Positions 19,067 through 28,025 are shown, numbered from the stretch's first letter. The stretch: 64,000 nt of DNA from Candidatus Babeliales bacterium (GCA_050179755.1 JBFXEV010000001.1:1061940-1125939), one strand, 5' to 3'. A program made the numbers and translations. Notes: generated by a model not told the origin, from the sequence alone.

Positions 19067-19092
19067 GGTTTATTTCTTTCCGCTCATCCCGA

Positions 19093-20148
19093 TCAAACCT
19101 TTAGTTGAGTTGAGGGACCAAAATAGTCACGCGCTCTTTCTAGCATTGCATTAAATTCATGCATATTGGTTTGCGTATCACGAACACCTTCAATATAAGT
19201 AATTCCTAAAATTCCGGAAGCTTTTGGTGCAAAATAAATATAGGCGGGTTTGCCGTGTTGCATTACGCGTACGTGTATAATGTATGTTAATGCGGCAATG
19301 GGCTGCTCTTTAAGGCGAATCAGATGGCCTTGCACAGGAATAATGCCCGAGTCATTGTTAAGTTGTTGTGCGCCTAGCCCGGTACAGTTAATAATAATTG
19401 ATTCATCTAGTTCATCAAAGGAAGTAATAGTGCGTTCATGCAACGAAATGCCAAGCTTTTGAGCGTGTGCTTTCATCTGTTGCATCATGTGATATGTGTG
19501 AATAAAGAGCGTGTTATATTCTCTTACCGCGTGCTGTTTGCCGTTGCCAAAATCTAGAGTGGCAAGCTTGGGCAATCCCCAAAAATTAAGCCGTGAATAT
19601 TTGCTTGTTAGATCTACATATTGCGGCAAGCGTTGTGCGGCAGAGGGTGCAATAAAAGGATGCTCTCCGTTGATAATGGCAGTATACTCTCGTAATGAAA
19701 CTTCTTGTGCGCGTTGGTATTTATTATACACGGGCGTAAAAGCAGTGTAAGGGAAAAATAAACCGACGGCGTTTTGCGACGTGGTGTTATCAAATTGTTT
19801 GGCAACTATTGTTACGGCATAGCCTTTTTGTGCGAGCGCAATGGCGCTTAAAAGCCCCATGCAGCCTGCACCAATAACGCAAATAGGTTTACTTTTGAAT
19901 GAGGGATGTTGCGTAAGTTGCGCTTCAAATTCTTCGAGCACTTGTTCTATAACGCCAAAAAGGAGTGTCCACCCCGATCCGCTGTGGCCATAATTGTGAA
20001 TAATAAGTTTATCATTTTTTACTTCCCCATAGAGTTGATAACCGTTTGCATGCTTAGGGCGAATGCATGATAAAAATTCTTCAATATGATCGGCTGAAAG
20101 AATGGGGGGTGTTAAATGGATTGTTTCCATGTAAGATTCTTGTTGCAT
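19093..20148 (-). CDS. D-amino-acid oxidase family FAD oxidoreductase, apparently circularly permuted
   Basis: HNYGHSGSGWTL (normally C-terminal) lies at residues ~51-62, ahead of the Rossmann motif ICVIGAGCMGLL (~89). INCTGLGA and PVQGH follow. 26 bp upstream of alr on the same strand. Confidence 0.7.
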   Translation of the reverse strand: MQQESYMETIHLTPPILSADHIEEFLSCIRPKHANGYQLYGEVKNDKLIIHNYGHSGSGWTLLFGVIEQVLEEFEAQLTQHPSFKSKPICVIGAGCMGLLSAIALAQKGYAVTIVAKQFDNTTSQNAVGLFFPYTAFTPVYNKYQRAQEVSLREYTAIINGEHPFIAPSAAQRLPQYVDLTSKYSRLNFWGLPKLATLDFGNGKQHAVREYNTLFIHTYHMMQQMKAHAQKLGISLHERTITSFDELDESIIINCTGLGAQQLNNDSGIIPVQGHLIRLKEQPIAALTYIIHVRVMQHGKPAYIYFAPKASGILGITYIEGVRDTQTNMHEFNAMLERARDYFGPSTQLKV

Positions 20149-20258
20149 AAGTAATAAAAGAATATTTGTTCAAGTATACAAAGAGTACCATGTGTCATGA
20201 AGAATGGGAATATGATATGCTAGTACTACTATATATTGGGATCTCTATAGGAAAATTA

Positions 20259-21884
20259 ATGAGAAAATTACACATTTTTTTAATTGTTATAATTTTAAGC
20301 CTTGGTGTCTATTGGGTTTGGTTTAAGCAATCTACGTTATCTCCATATGAGCTCTATAAAAATGAAATCCCTTATACATATCGTCTTGGACTTACTTCGT
20401 TAGAGCAAGAAATAATTATAGATAAGGTATCTATAATGGGGCACATTCCTGCATGGCTTTCTGGTACCTTGTTTCGTAATGGACCAGCCAAATTTACGCA
20501 AGGATCTAATTGGGTTTCCAATTGGTTTGATGGGCTTGCTATGATTCATGCTTTTTCCTTTCATGATGGCAAAGTTTCTTATGCCAACAAATTTTTACGC
20601 TCCGATGATTATGATTTTGTAGAGAAAACTGGAACTATGTCATATGCTGGTTTTGCACAAGATCCCTGTAAATCATATTTTAAACAATTATTTTCTTTGT
20701 TTGTGCCCGAAAAGAAGATAAAAAAAGAGTACGCATTGCCGAATGCAAATGTTAATATTGCATGTTATGGGCATCATATGGTGGCACTCACAGAAACACC
20801 TTTACCTATTGAATTTGACCCAAAAACTTTAAAAACAATTGGCGGTTTGCTTTACGATGATAAACTTCCAAAGCGTAGTATTCACGATACTGCTCATCCA
20901 CACTACGATAAAGAACGTAAAGAACATTTAGGGTATTATTCTCAATTTGGTAGAATTAGTACGCATAATCTTTTTCGTATACAAGATGGGTCTACTACTC
21001 GGGAAGTTCTGGCATCTATAGAAGTGCAAGAGCCTTCATACATGCATAGTTTTTTCTTGACAGAACATTATGCAATATTGACATTGCTGCCTTTGGTGGT
21101 GAATCCTCTTGATTTATTAACGAGTAAGAAGTCATTTATCAAGAACTTTAGATGGAAACCAGAGCTTGGAACCAAGCTAGTAGTCATTGATAGAATTAAT
21201 AATAAGATTCAGGGGTCATATAACACGCATGCGTTTTTTGCCTTTCATACGGTAAATGCTTTTGAGCAAGGTGACTCTCTTATAATGGACATTGTTACCT
21301 ATCCTGATGGTTCAGGAATTGGACAAGCAAAAATAGCCACAATTTTTGAAGGGAAGAATCCGGGAAACTTAGAACGCAATAAAGTATATACCGGAGAGCC
21401 AGACACAGATATTCTTGAGGTAGGTCAGCTAAATCGATTAACAGTGAATCTTTCGAGTGCGACTGTTGCTGTGCGTACGTTATATGATAACTTTATTGAG
21501 TTACCTCGTATTAATTATGAGCATTATAATACAAAACAATATTCCTATATCTATGCCTATGGAAAAAAGTATGCACCATTATTTGTTGCCGATAGGCTTG
21601 TAAAGGTTAATGTGAATACGGGTAAGTCTATTGAATGGTGGCAAGAGCATTGTTACCCCGGAGAGCCGATATTTGTAGCAGCTCCTTCGTTAAAATCGGA
21701 AGACGATGGAGTTATTCTTTCTGTTGTGCTTGATACACAAAAACAGACATCATTTTTGTTAGTGCTAGATGGTGAAACTTTTAAAGAACTGGCGCGAGCT
21801 TATGTGCCACATCATATTCCTTTTGGGATTCATGGACTCTTTATGGCTAATTCTTTCTTTTTAGGTGCGCCCAGCCGGGGTTGA
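20259..21884 (+). CDS. Carotenoid cleavage oxygenase (RPE65/CCD) family protein with N-terminal TM anchor
   Basis: FDGLAMIHAF, HPH.D, MHSFFLTEHY, FHTVNAFE and the terminal FGIHG motif (four-His iron site pattern). The ATG at 20259 is preferred over the TTG at 20166. Confidence 0.8.
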   Translation: MRKLHIFLIVIILSLGVYWVWFKQSTLSPYELYKNEIPYTYRLGLTSLEQEIIIDKVSIMGHIPAWLSGTLFRNGPAKFTQGSNWVSNWFDGLAMIHAFSFHDGKVSYANKFLRSDDYDFVEKTGTMSYAGFAQDPCKSYFKQLFSLFVPEKKIKKEYALPNANVNIACYGHHMVALTETPLPIEFDPKTLKTIGGLLYDDKLPKRSIHDTAHPHYDKERKEHLGYYSQFGRISTHNLFRIQDGSTTREVLASIEVQEPSYMHSFFLTEHYAILTLLPLVVNPLDLLTSKKSFIKNFRWKPELGTKLVVIDRINNKIQGSYNTHAFFAFHTVNAFEQGDSLIMDIVTYPDGSGIGQAKIATIFEGKNPGNLERNKVYTGEPDTDILEVGQLNRLTVNLSSATVAVRTLYDNFIELPRINYEHYNTKQYSYIYAYGKKYAPLFVADRLVKVNVNTGKSIEWWQEHCYPGEPIFVAAPSLKSEDDGVILSVVLDTQKQTSFLLVLDGETFKELARAYVPHHIPFGIHGLFMANSFFLGAPSRG

Positions 21885-21991
21885 CACGTTCAGGCGGGTT
21901 TTCTTCAATTGCCGGCATAAATTTTTTTTGTGTATTTAGATAACATTGTTAGTATAAAGTAAAGTAACATTTCCGCGTGGCATGCCATGAA

Positions 21992-22453
21992 TTACCTATA
22001 TTTCTCATAAAAATAATTCGTGAATAGTTCATGAGGATCATGCTGCTTTCTTAAATTAAGTAATTTGTGTAGAGAAGGATAAGCAGCTTGTATGTGCTTT
22101 GCGTCAGCATGAAGTTGGATTGGCAAGTAATAGGTTCCGTTTAAAGATATAGCAGTATTAATTAATTGCTGCGTCCATAATTTTGTAGTCGTGTTAGCAT
22201 CTTCTGTCATTGGTTGATTGAAAAATACTACAATACCAACACGATCTGTTGTGGTATAAGAAAGAAAGCTTTCTGTATTGCGGGGAATAAAGCGAAATGC
22301 CGCATGAAACCCTATTGTTGGGTCTTGCGATACGATTTTTAGATGTTCTACATATGCGGGCATTGTTAAATGTACCGTTTCTTGTTTGTAGAAGCTATGC
22401 CCGCCATTGGTAAGGCGAAAAAGTTCAGCGTTTTCACTACGGCTTGCGGTCAC
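21992..22453 (-). pseudogene. C-terminal remnant of an FAD-linked oxidase (DprE1/ALO-like)
   Basis: Only ~150 aa, ending NGTYYLPIQLHA...AYPSLHKLLNLRKQHDPHELF. The FAD-binding domain is missing. A signal-peptide mini-ORF (MQKKLIFIILFALSLSLY...) lies upstream in a different frame. Confidence 0.45.
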
Positions 22454-22757
22454 GATTGTGCCGTCAGCTTCATAATCTTGAGCGAATGTACAGACTCAAT
22501 GAGAGAGCAAAAAGGATAATAAAGATCAGTTTTTTCTGCATAGTTTATTTTGGCATAAATTGGTAAAAAATCTATATTTATCAATTTCAAATAGAATTTC
22601 CACATGACTGAGATGATTGATAAAAGAGCAGAAAATATAAGGACTTACTACACGAGAGAGGACAATTTTGTATGCTTGATTGCTTTGTTTACTTTGTGAT
22701 GTTTATCATTGTATCTTAAGTATTGGTATTAACTTTTTTTAATTTGAAAGGATTATT

Positions 22758-22982
22758 ATGTTTAGACAACTGATTACACGGTTTCATGATCTGGAATCGC
22801 ATCATCAAATAATAATTACGGTGATTGTGGCATTTGCTGCGATATGCGTGTCATGGGGAATAGAGAGATTATTAGAGCAATATTTTTTTCCTAATAAGCC
22901 AGCTCTTAGATATTTGATTGCAGTGATTGGTGGCTTATTAGTTCTTTATTTGGTTAAACATTTTTTATTGCGCGAAATATAA
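22758..22982 (+). CDS. Small two-TM membrane protein
   Basis: 74-aa ORF with two hydrophobic helices. Confidence 0.4.
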   Translation: MFRQLITRFHDLESHHQIIITVIVAFAAICVSWGIERLLEQYFFPNKPALRYLIAVIGGLLVLYLVKHFLLREI

Positions 22983-22998
22983 TAGAGCATAACGCGTT

Positions 22999-23071
22999 TA
23001 TGCATTTTTTGCTTCAAGTTGCTGTGCAGCTTTTGCAAAGTATTTTGCCCGCGTTGTGTGCGAAGGATGTG
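22999..23071 (-). pseudogene. Orphan 3'-terminal fragment of an M48-like peptidase paralog
   Basis: About 90% identical to 23741-23811 (5 substitutions and one 2-nt indel by manual alignment). Encodes ...HPSHTTRAKYFAKAAQQLEAKNA*. Confidence 0.6.
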
Positions 23072-23096
23072 CTAAATTAATTAACATTTAAGGGGA

Positions 23097-23735
23097 ATGA
23101 TAATGAGTAACGCAGCAATGCAAACTGGTAAATATAGATTATCGGTTGATAATGCAGTTCTTTTGCTGGTTGATCATCAAACAGGGCTTTTCCAATTGGT
23201 TCGGGATTATAGTCCAGATGAATTTAAGAATAACGTATGTGTATTGGCAGCTATTGGTAAAATGTATAATTTGCCTACTATTTTGACAACAAGTTTTGAA
23301 TCTGGGCCCAATGGCCCCTTGTTCCCCGAAATTCGTACATTACATCCTCACGCTACATTTATTGCGCGACCGGGTGAAATTAATGCTTGGGATAATAAAG
23401 ACTTTGTTGATGCGGTAAAAGCCACCGGCAGAAAAAAATTGCTCATTGCAGGCATTGTTACCGACGTGTGCGTGGCATTGCCAACACTTGCAGCACTTGC
23501 CGAAGGCTTTGATGTATATGTAGTAGCAGACGCTTGTGGCACCACAAGTGTTGCAGTGCGTGAACTTGCGCTCATGCGTATGGTACATGCGGGTGCAGTC
23601 ATTACTAATTGGTTTGCAGTATCATCTGAGTTACACCGTGATTGGCGGCATAATGGAGAGGCACTTGCAGCGCTATTGGGCCAGTACTTTGTGCCCTATG
23701 CTAATTTAATGAGCAGTTATAAAGCTAAGAAATAA
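23097..23735 (+). CDS. Isochorismatase / cysteine hydrolase family protein (YcaC-like)
   Basis: LLVDHQTGLF and IAGIVTDVCV (catalytic Cys) motifs. Confidence 0.8.
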   Translation: MIMSNAAMQTGKYRLSVDNAVLLLVDHQTGLFQLVRDYSPDEFKNNVCVLAAIGKMYNLPTILTTSFESGPNGPLFPEIRTLHPHATFIARPGEINAWDNKDFVDAVKATGRKKLLIAGIVTDVCVALPTLAALAEGFDVYVVADACGTTSVAVRELALMRMVHAGAVITNWFAVSSELHRDWRHNGEALAALLGQYFVPYANLMSSYKAKK

Positions 23736-24730
23736 TGTGCTATGCATTTTGTTTCAAGTTGTTGTGCAGCTCTTGCAAAGTATTTTGCGCGTGTTGTGTG
23801 CGAAGGATGTGGATCCATAATATCGGTTACTACTTGCGCTGGTGAATGATCATGCTCCGATAAAGCATTAAAATACTCACTGCGTGCTTTGAGTATTTCT
23901 GGGTCGCGTGTACGCTTGATAGAATCTTGATCGGCGCGATATTCTTGCCAATAAGTCCAAGCAGCGTTACATACTGCAGTGATTCCTATTTTGCCAAGTA
24001 ATGAAGGAATATGAGCAAGTCCGTGTAATACGGTATCTACAATGGTTGGGTCTGAAGCTAAGGTGTGTATATCAAAATAGCTTTTTAATTTTTCAGTTGT
24101 ATAAAGTGCCACTAAAACACTTGTGCCAAGGATTGCTATTCTTGTACGTGCATCTTTATGCAATAAATGTGAGCCTTCATGCAAAAGGGTGCCTTTCCAT
24201 AGAGCAAGCGTAGAGGCATCAATTGCAAATCCTGCTTGCTTTGCATTGGCAATAAAGACAGCAACAGGTAATTTGTTGAGTGCACTTTTTTGTGTAAGTT
24301 CTATTTCACTAAATCGTTGGGCATCTTGATTTTCTAATGCTTGTGCTTGATGCAGTTCAGCATCAGTTAAGTGTTCAGGTATGCTGATATATGATTTATT
24401 GTTGTAGTTTGTTGCAGCAAAATGAGATTGTGGTATTTTTACCACTTCAATATCAGCGCCTTGTAATTCAGGGTATCCTGCAAGTAACTGCTCACGCACG
24501 AATTTTTGGGTTTTAGGTTCCACGGGGCGTGCCTTGGCAACAAAGTCTTGCCGGTCTTGGAAGACCAAATACGCAGGAAGTGCCATAGGTATAACATAGT
24601 CAAGAGCTTGCATAGTTACATTAAAGCCAGAGGCTGCCAGATGGCCAACCCAGTCCATTGCTTTTGATTGCTGGATTATAGTAGATGCTGCTAAGAAGAT
24701 GAATCCGTAAAGTAGAGATTGCTTTTTCAT
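23717..24730 (-). CDS. Secreted HExxH zinc metallopeptidase, M48-like (paralog 1)
   Basis: Signal peptide, HEGSH, and EYRADQD ~80 aa downstream (the ExxAD third-ligand region of M48-type enzymes). Confidence 0.55.
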   Translation of the reverse strand: MKKQSLLYGFIFLAASTIIQQSKAMDWVGHLAASGFNVTMQALDYVIPMALPAYLVFQDRQDFVAKARPVEPKTQKFVREQLLAGYPELQGADIEVVKIPQSHFAATNYNNKSYISIPEHLTDAELHQAQALENQDAQRFSEIELTQKSALNKLPVAVFIANAKQAGFAIDASTLALWKGTLLHEGSHLLHKDARTRIAILGTSVLVALYTTEKLKSYFDIHTLASDPTIVDTVLHGLAHIPSLLGKIGITAVCNAAWTYWQEYRADQDSIKRTRDPEILKARSEYFNALSEHDHSPAQVVTDIMDPHPSHTTRAKYFARAAQQLETKCIAHYFLAL

Positions 24731-24880
24731 AGATTTACCCTTTTTTTACCCTGTTGCCAGAGATAATGCCTTTTTTATATTACTAATAGTATATATTATC
24801 TGGCAAATTTTGCAAGTTTTAGAGGGGGGGCCACATAGGGCAATTGCACTTAAAAGTCTTTATTCAAAAGATGCATTCAT

Positions 24881-24985
24881 ACCGCTCACCCTTCCCTCGA
24901 TACTAATCGCTGCGCGATTCACTCGGGATGAGCGGTTTATCGACTTGTCCTCCGTAGCTTTATGCGTAGGAGAAAAGGTCAAAGC
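24881..24985. repeat. GC-rich palindromic dispersed repeat copy
   Basis: ACCGCTCA (24881-24888) pairs with TGAGCGGT (24929-24936), with a nested AATCGC-tgc-GCGATT hairpin. Shares the CCGCTCATCC core with other copies. Confidence 0.5.
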
Positions 24986-25112
24986 GGGAAAATGAATGAG
25001 ATTAATCCCTATCTACACAATTTTAAATACATCTGCCTGAGGGGAAAGGTTTAGAGAAAAAAGCAAATTGAAACTGAAAGCTTACATTAGGGTAATTCCC
25101 GATTTGTGGTGG

Positions 25113-26162
25113 TTAATCACGCTTTATTAGTGCTTGTTTTTTTTCAAGCTTTTGTGCTGCATCAGCAAAATACTGAGCACGAGTCTTGAAGTTGAGATGA
25201 CTATCACCTAAATAATAATTTATTTTTTCTGGGATAGTTACAGGGCATGGCTGTGGTAAGGTAGCAAAATTACTACTAATTGCTTTTAATAAATTAGGAT
25301 TTTGTGTTCTTTTTATTGCATCTTGATCGGCACGATATTCATGCCAATAACGCCAAGTGCTAATGAGTAGGCCACAAGCTGCGACCTTGAGTGGTAATGA
25401 AACAATAGATCCTATTCCTCTTATCATATTATTGGCAGTTATGTTCTTAGGGTATTTTAGTGAAGTTAAACCAACAATTTTTTTAATTTTTTCTGTACCG
25501 AGAAGCACCAGAATATGCGGAGTAGGATTATATACAGTGCTAGGATCATAATGCAAAATGTGAGATCCTTCGTGTAAAAGAACGCCTTGCCAAAGGTTAA
25601 TAGTGGTAGGAGTCATCGCTTTGCCTTCAAGTTCACATTTGCTAATATATTCAGGCAATGTGAGTCTCTCTTTCCATCGTTCATTACTTGCAACTTTTCT
25701 CGTATAACCTAATACATTTTTTTCTTTAAGCGCACATGCTTTCCTATACTCTCGCTCATTAAAAGCAACGCTTATATACGCTGTGTTATTATGATACATA
25801 GCACCAAATGAATTGTTTTCAATAATTTGTATTTTAGTATCATTTAATTCTGGATAGGCATTTTTGATAAATGCTATTATTTTTCCTGCAGACTGTTCAG
25901 ATAGGCCTAGTAACGGATCTCGTGAACTTAGATCTTCATTATAGTCTTTTATGCTTATGAGTGCCCTTTGCCTTTCTTTATTCACTTTGTCGACGGTATA
26001 GCCAAAATAACCTATTACGCCCGCATAATTAAGCGCTTTCATGCCAAGCCTAAACCCATTACTGGCTTTTGGTGCAAAGCCTTTCATGGCATATGTTTGT
26101 TGGCCGAGAAAGGTCACTAGTAATAAGGTGAGTCCGTAGAATAAAGATTGTTTTTTAATCAT
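25113..26162 (-). CDS. Secreted HExxH zinc metallopeptidase, M48-like (paralog 2)
   Basis: Signal peptide, HEGSH and EYRADQDAIKRT. Overlaps the upstream paralog's stop by 8 nt. Confidence 0.55.
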   Translation of the reverse strand: MIKKQSLFYGLTLLLVTFLGQQTYAMKGFAPKASNGFRLGMKALNYAGVIGYFGYTVDKVNKERQRALISIKDYNEDLSSRDPLLGLSEQSAGKIIAFIKNAYPELNDTKIQIIENNSFGAMYHNNTAYISVAFNEREYRKACALKEKNVLGYTRKVASNERWKERLTLPEYISKCELEGKAMTPTTINLWQGVLLHEGSHILHYDPSTVYNPTPHILVLLGTEKIKKIVGLTSLKYPKNITANNMIRGIGSIVSLPLKVAACGLLISTWRYWHEYRADQDAIKRTQNPNLLKAISSNFATLPQPCPVTIPEKINYYLGDSHLNFKTRAQYFADAAQKLEKKQALIKRD

Positions 26163-27213
26163 GACTTATTTCAACTTTGTTCATTTCATGTGCTTGTTTT
26201 TCTTCAAGCTTTTGTGCTGCATCAGCAAAATACTTTGCACGAGTTTTAAATGCTGGGTGTGGATTACGAAGCATCATAAGTTTTGCAAATAAAGTAAGAT
26301 CCTGTGTTTTTTCAGCGCGTTCGTTGACGTAATGCATTTGTTCAAAAAAGTTACTCATAGCTTTTAGAACTCTTGGATCTTGCGTTTTTTCAATAGCATT
26401 TTGGTCAGCAGCATATTCACGCCAATTATCAAATGGCCATCGTAGGATCATGCAACATGCTATTTTGAGTGGGGTTGAAGGAATATAGCCTAATCCTTTT
26501 AGGATATTATTGGTGAGCGTTGGCTTTTGCAATAAATTACCAAGCCCGGTTGCGCGTTTTAAGATAGAGCTGCCAGCAATTACGAAAAGCGGTAGAGTAT
26601 TGCAAAGGCGATTTCTATTACGACAGTCGTTATGTGCAATGTGCGAAGCTTCATGAAGTAGCGATCCAGTCCACAAGGGCAGGGTTTGCGCTGTCATTGC
26701 GGTTCCCTCTGCTTCACACATAGCAATATATTCTGGAATGCTCATGCCATAATCTTGACCGATTAATTCAAGTTTTTCAGGCGTATAACGAGAAGTATTA
26801 AGCCTATTATACGTAAGAGCTGAGATGAGATCTTTATCACTGCATGGAGCAACTAAATAATCTTGATTGTTATGTAGTACTGCAGCCCATGATGTAAATG
26901 GTGCATGCACTACTTTAATATCTCTGTCTTTGAGCTCTGGATAAGCGTCGCGCATGGTGCTGAGAATGTATTCTTTTGATTCAGCGCCCAGTTTGTGCTC
27001 GTGTGGATTATTTGCCAAGTAGTCACTAAAAAGGCTTGCGCCGAGCTTATGTTCGTAAGCATAACATCCAGCAACTGCTGCTATGCTGAGTGCTTGCATG
27101 CCAAGCCTAAAGCCATGACTGGCTTTGTGCCCAAAGCCTTTCATGGCATGGGCTTCTTGGCACGTAATAATCAATAGGAATAGAATTGCGTAAAACGGGG
27201 ATTTTGTGTTCAT
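26155..27213 (-). CDS. Secreted HExxH zinc metallopeptidase, M48-like (paralog 3)
   Basis: Signal peptide, HEASH and EYAADQNAIEKT. Confidence 0.55.
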   Translation of the reverse strand: MNTKSPFYAILFLLIITCQEAHAMKGFGHKASHGFRLGMQALSIAAVAGCYAYEHKLGASLFSDYLANNPHEHKLGAESKEYILSTMRDAYPELKDRDIKVVHAPFTSWAAVLHNNQDYLVAPCSDKDLISALTYNRLNTSRYTPEKLELIGQDYGMSIPEYIAMCEAEGTAMTAQTLPLWTGSLLHEASHIAHNDCRNRNRLCNTLPLFVIAGSSILKRATGLGNLLQKPTLTNNILKGLGYIPSTPLKIACCMILRWPFDNWREYAADQNAIEKTQDPRVLKAMSNFFEQMHYVNERAEKTQDLTLFAKLMMLRNPHPAFKTRAKYFADAAQKLEEKQAHEMNKVEISHD

Positions 27214-27383
27214 ATATACGCTTTTAGTATTTTGGTAGGATTCAATCTATTTTAAGATATTTTATACTCTTAGTGTATATATACCAAAAAATTATACAAA
27301 TAAAATAAGGATATAATTTCACACTGTAATTTTTAAAAAGGGTGTTTGGCTGAACGATCTAGAAAATTGGTACATAGGGCAGC

Positions 27384-27411
27384 AAAAAAAGGGCGGGTAT
27401 AAGCCGCCCTT
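27384..27411 (-). terminator. Rho-independent terminator
   Basis: GGGCGG/CCGCCC stem with a 7-nt loop, followed on the minus strand by T7. Lies 19 nt after the stop of 27428-27862. Confidence 0.7.
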
Positions 27412-27427
27412 ATGCCAAATACTTTAG

Positions 27428-27862
27428 TTATGTTGGAAGAATTGGTCCTACCGCAGGAACTGGAGCTGTGGTAAGATCTGGTCGAGTTGAAACAGTTGGC
27501 AAGCTGCGTTTAGCATTTGCAATTTGTGCACGTAGTGCATTAATTCTATTTACAAAGGCAGGATTAGTATCTGTTTTTGCAAGTTCTGCAAATTGTGCAT
27601 CAGCCTTATCAAGGGCTTGATATAACTTAAGTACTAAATCATCTCTGTCTTTACCAGCAGGCATCGCTTTAATTTTGTCTACTGCAGCTTGTTGTAATGA
27701 CATTGCTTTTTCTGCAACCCATAATACGCCTCTTTGCAATAGCGTTGGTTCTTGCTGAGAGGGAGTTGGTTGCTGTTGGCCGCCAGTTGCTATAAGTTGG
27801 TTAGAGCCTAGTGCTCCTATAACAAGTGCAAGTAATGCACTATATACTAAATTTCTTTTCAT
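27428..27862 (-). CDS. Hypothetical secreted protein
   Basis: Signal peptide followed by a Q/A-rich helical region. Confidence 0.45.
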   Translation of the reverse strand: MKRNLVYSALLALVIGALGSNQLIATGGQQQPTPSQQEPTLLQRGVLWVAEKAMSLQQAAVDKIKAMPAGKDRDDLVLKLYQALDKADAQFAELAKTDTNPAFVNRINALRAQIANAKRSLPTVSTRPDLTTAPVPAVGPILPT

Positions 27863-28025
27863 GGAACTTCCTTTTTATTATATTTTTTCAACACCATGAG
27901 TGTGCCGAAAGCCTCTCCTATCCCTTATATTCTAGCATATTCAGGGTGAAATTCGCAATGGTTCAGGTTTATTAGAAAAGTTTTAATAAGTCGGTCAGGA
28001 AGGATTTTGCATAATGCAGGGCAAG

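Noticed and set aside
20166-20258. TTG-initiated 31-codon extension of the carotenoid oxygenase ORF
   Set aside because: It would leave only 17 bp to the divergent DAAO gene. The ATG at 20259 yields a typical MRK + hydrophobic anchor N-terminus.
24753-24808. Imperfect inverted repeat TTGCCAGAGATAAT / ATTATCTGGCAA upstream of M48-like paralog 1
   Set aside because: It could be an operator, but it is a single imperfect occurrence (2-nt bulge) with no second copy upstream of the other paralogs.
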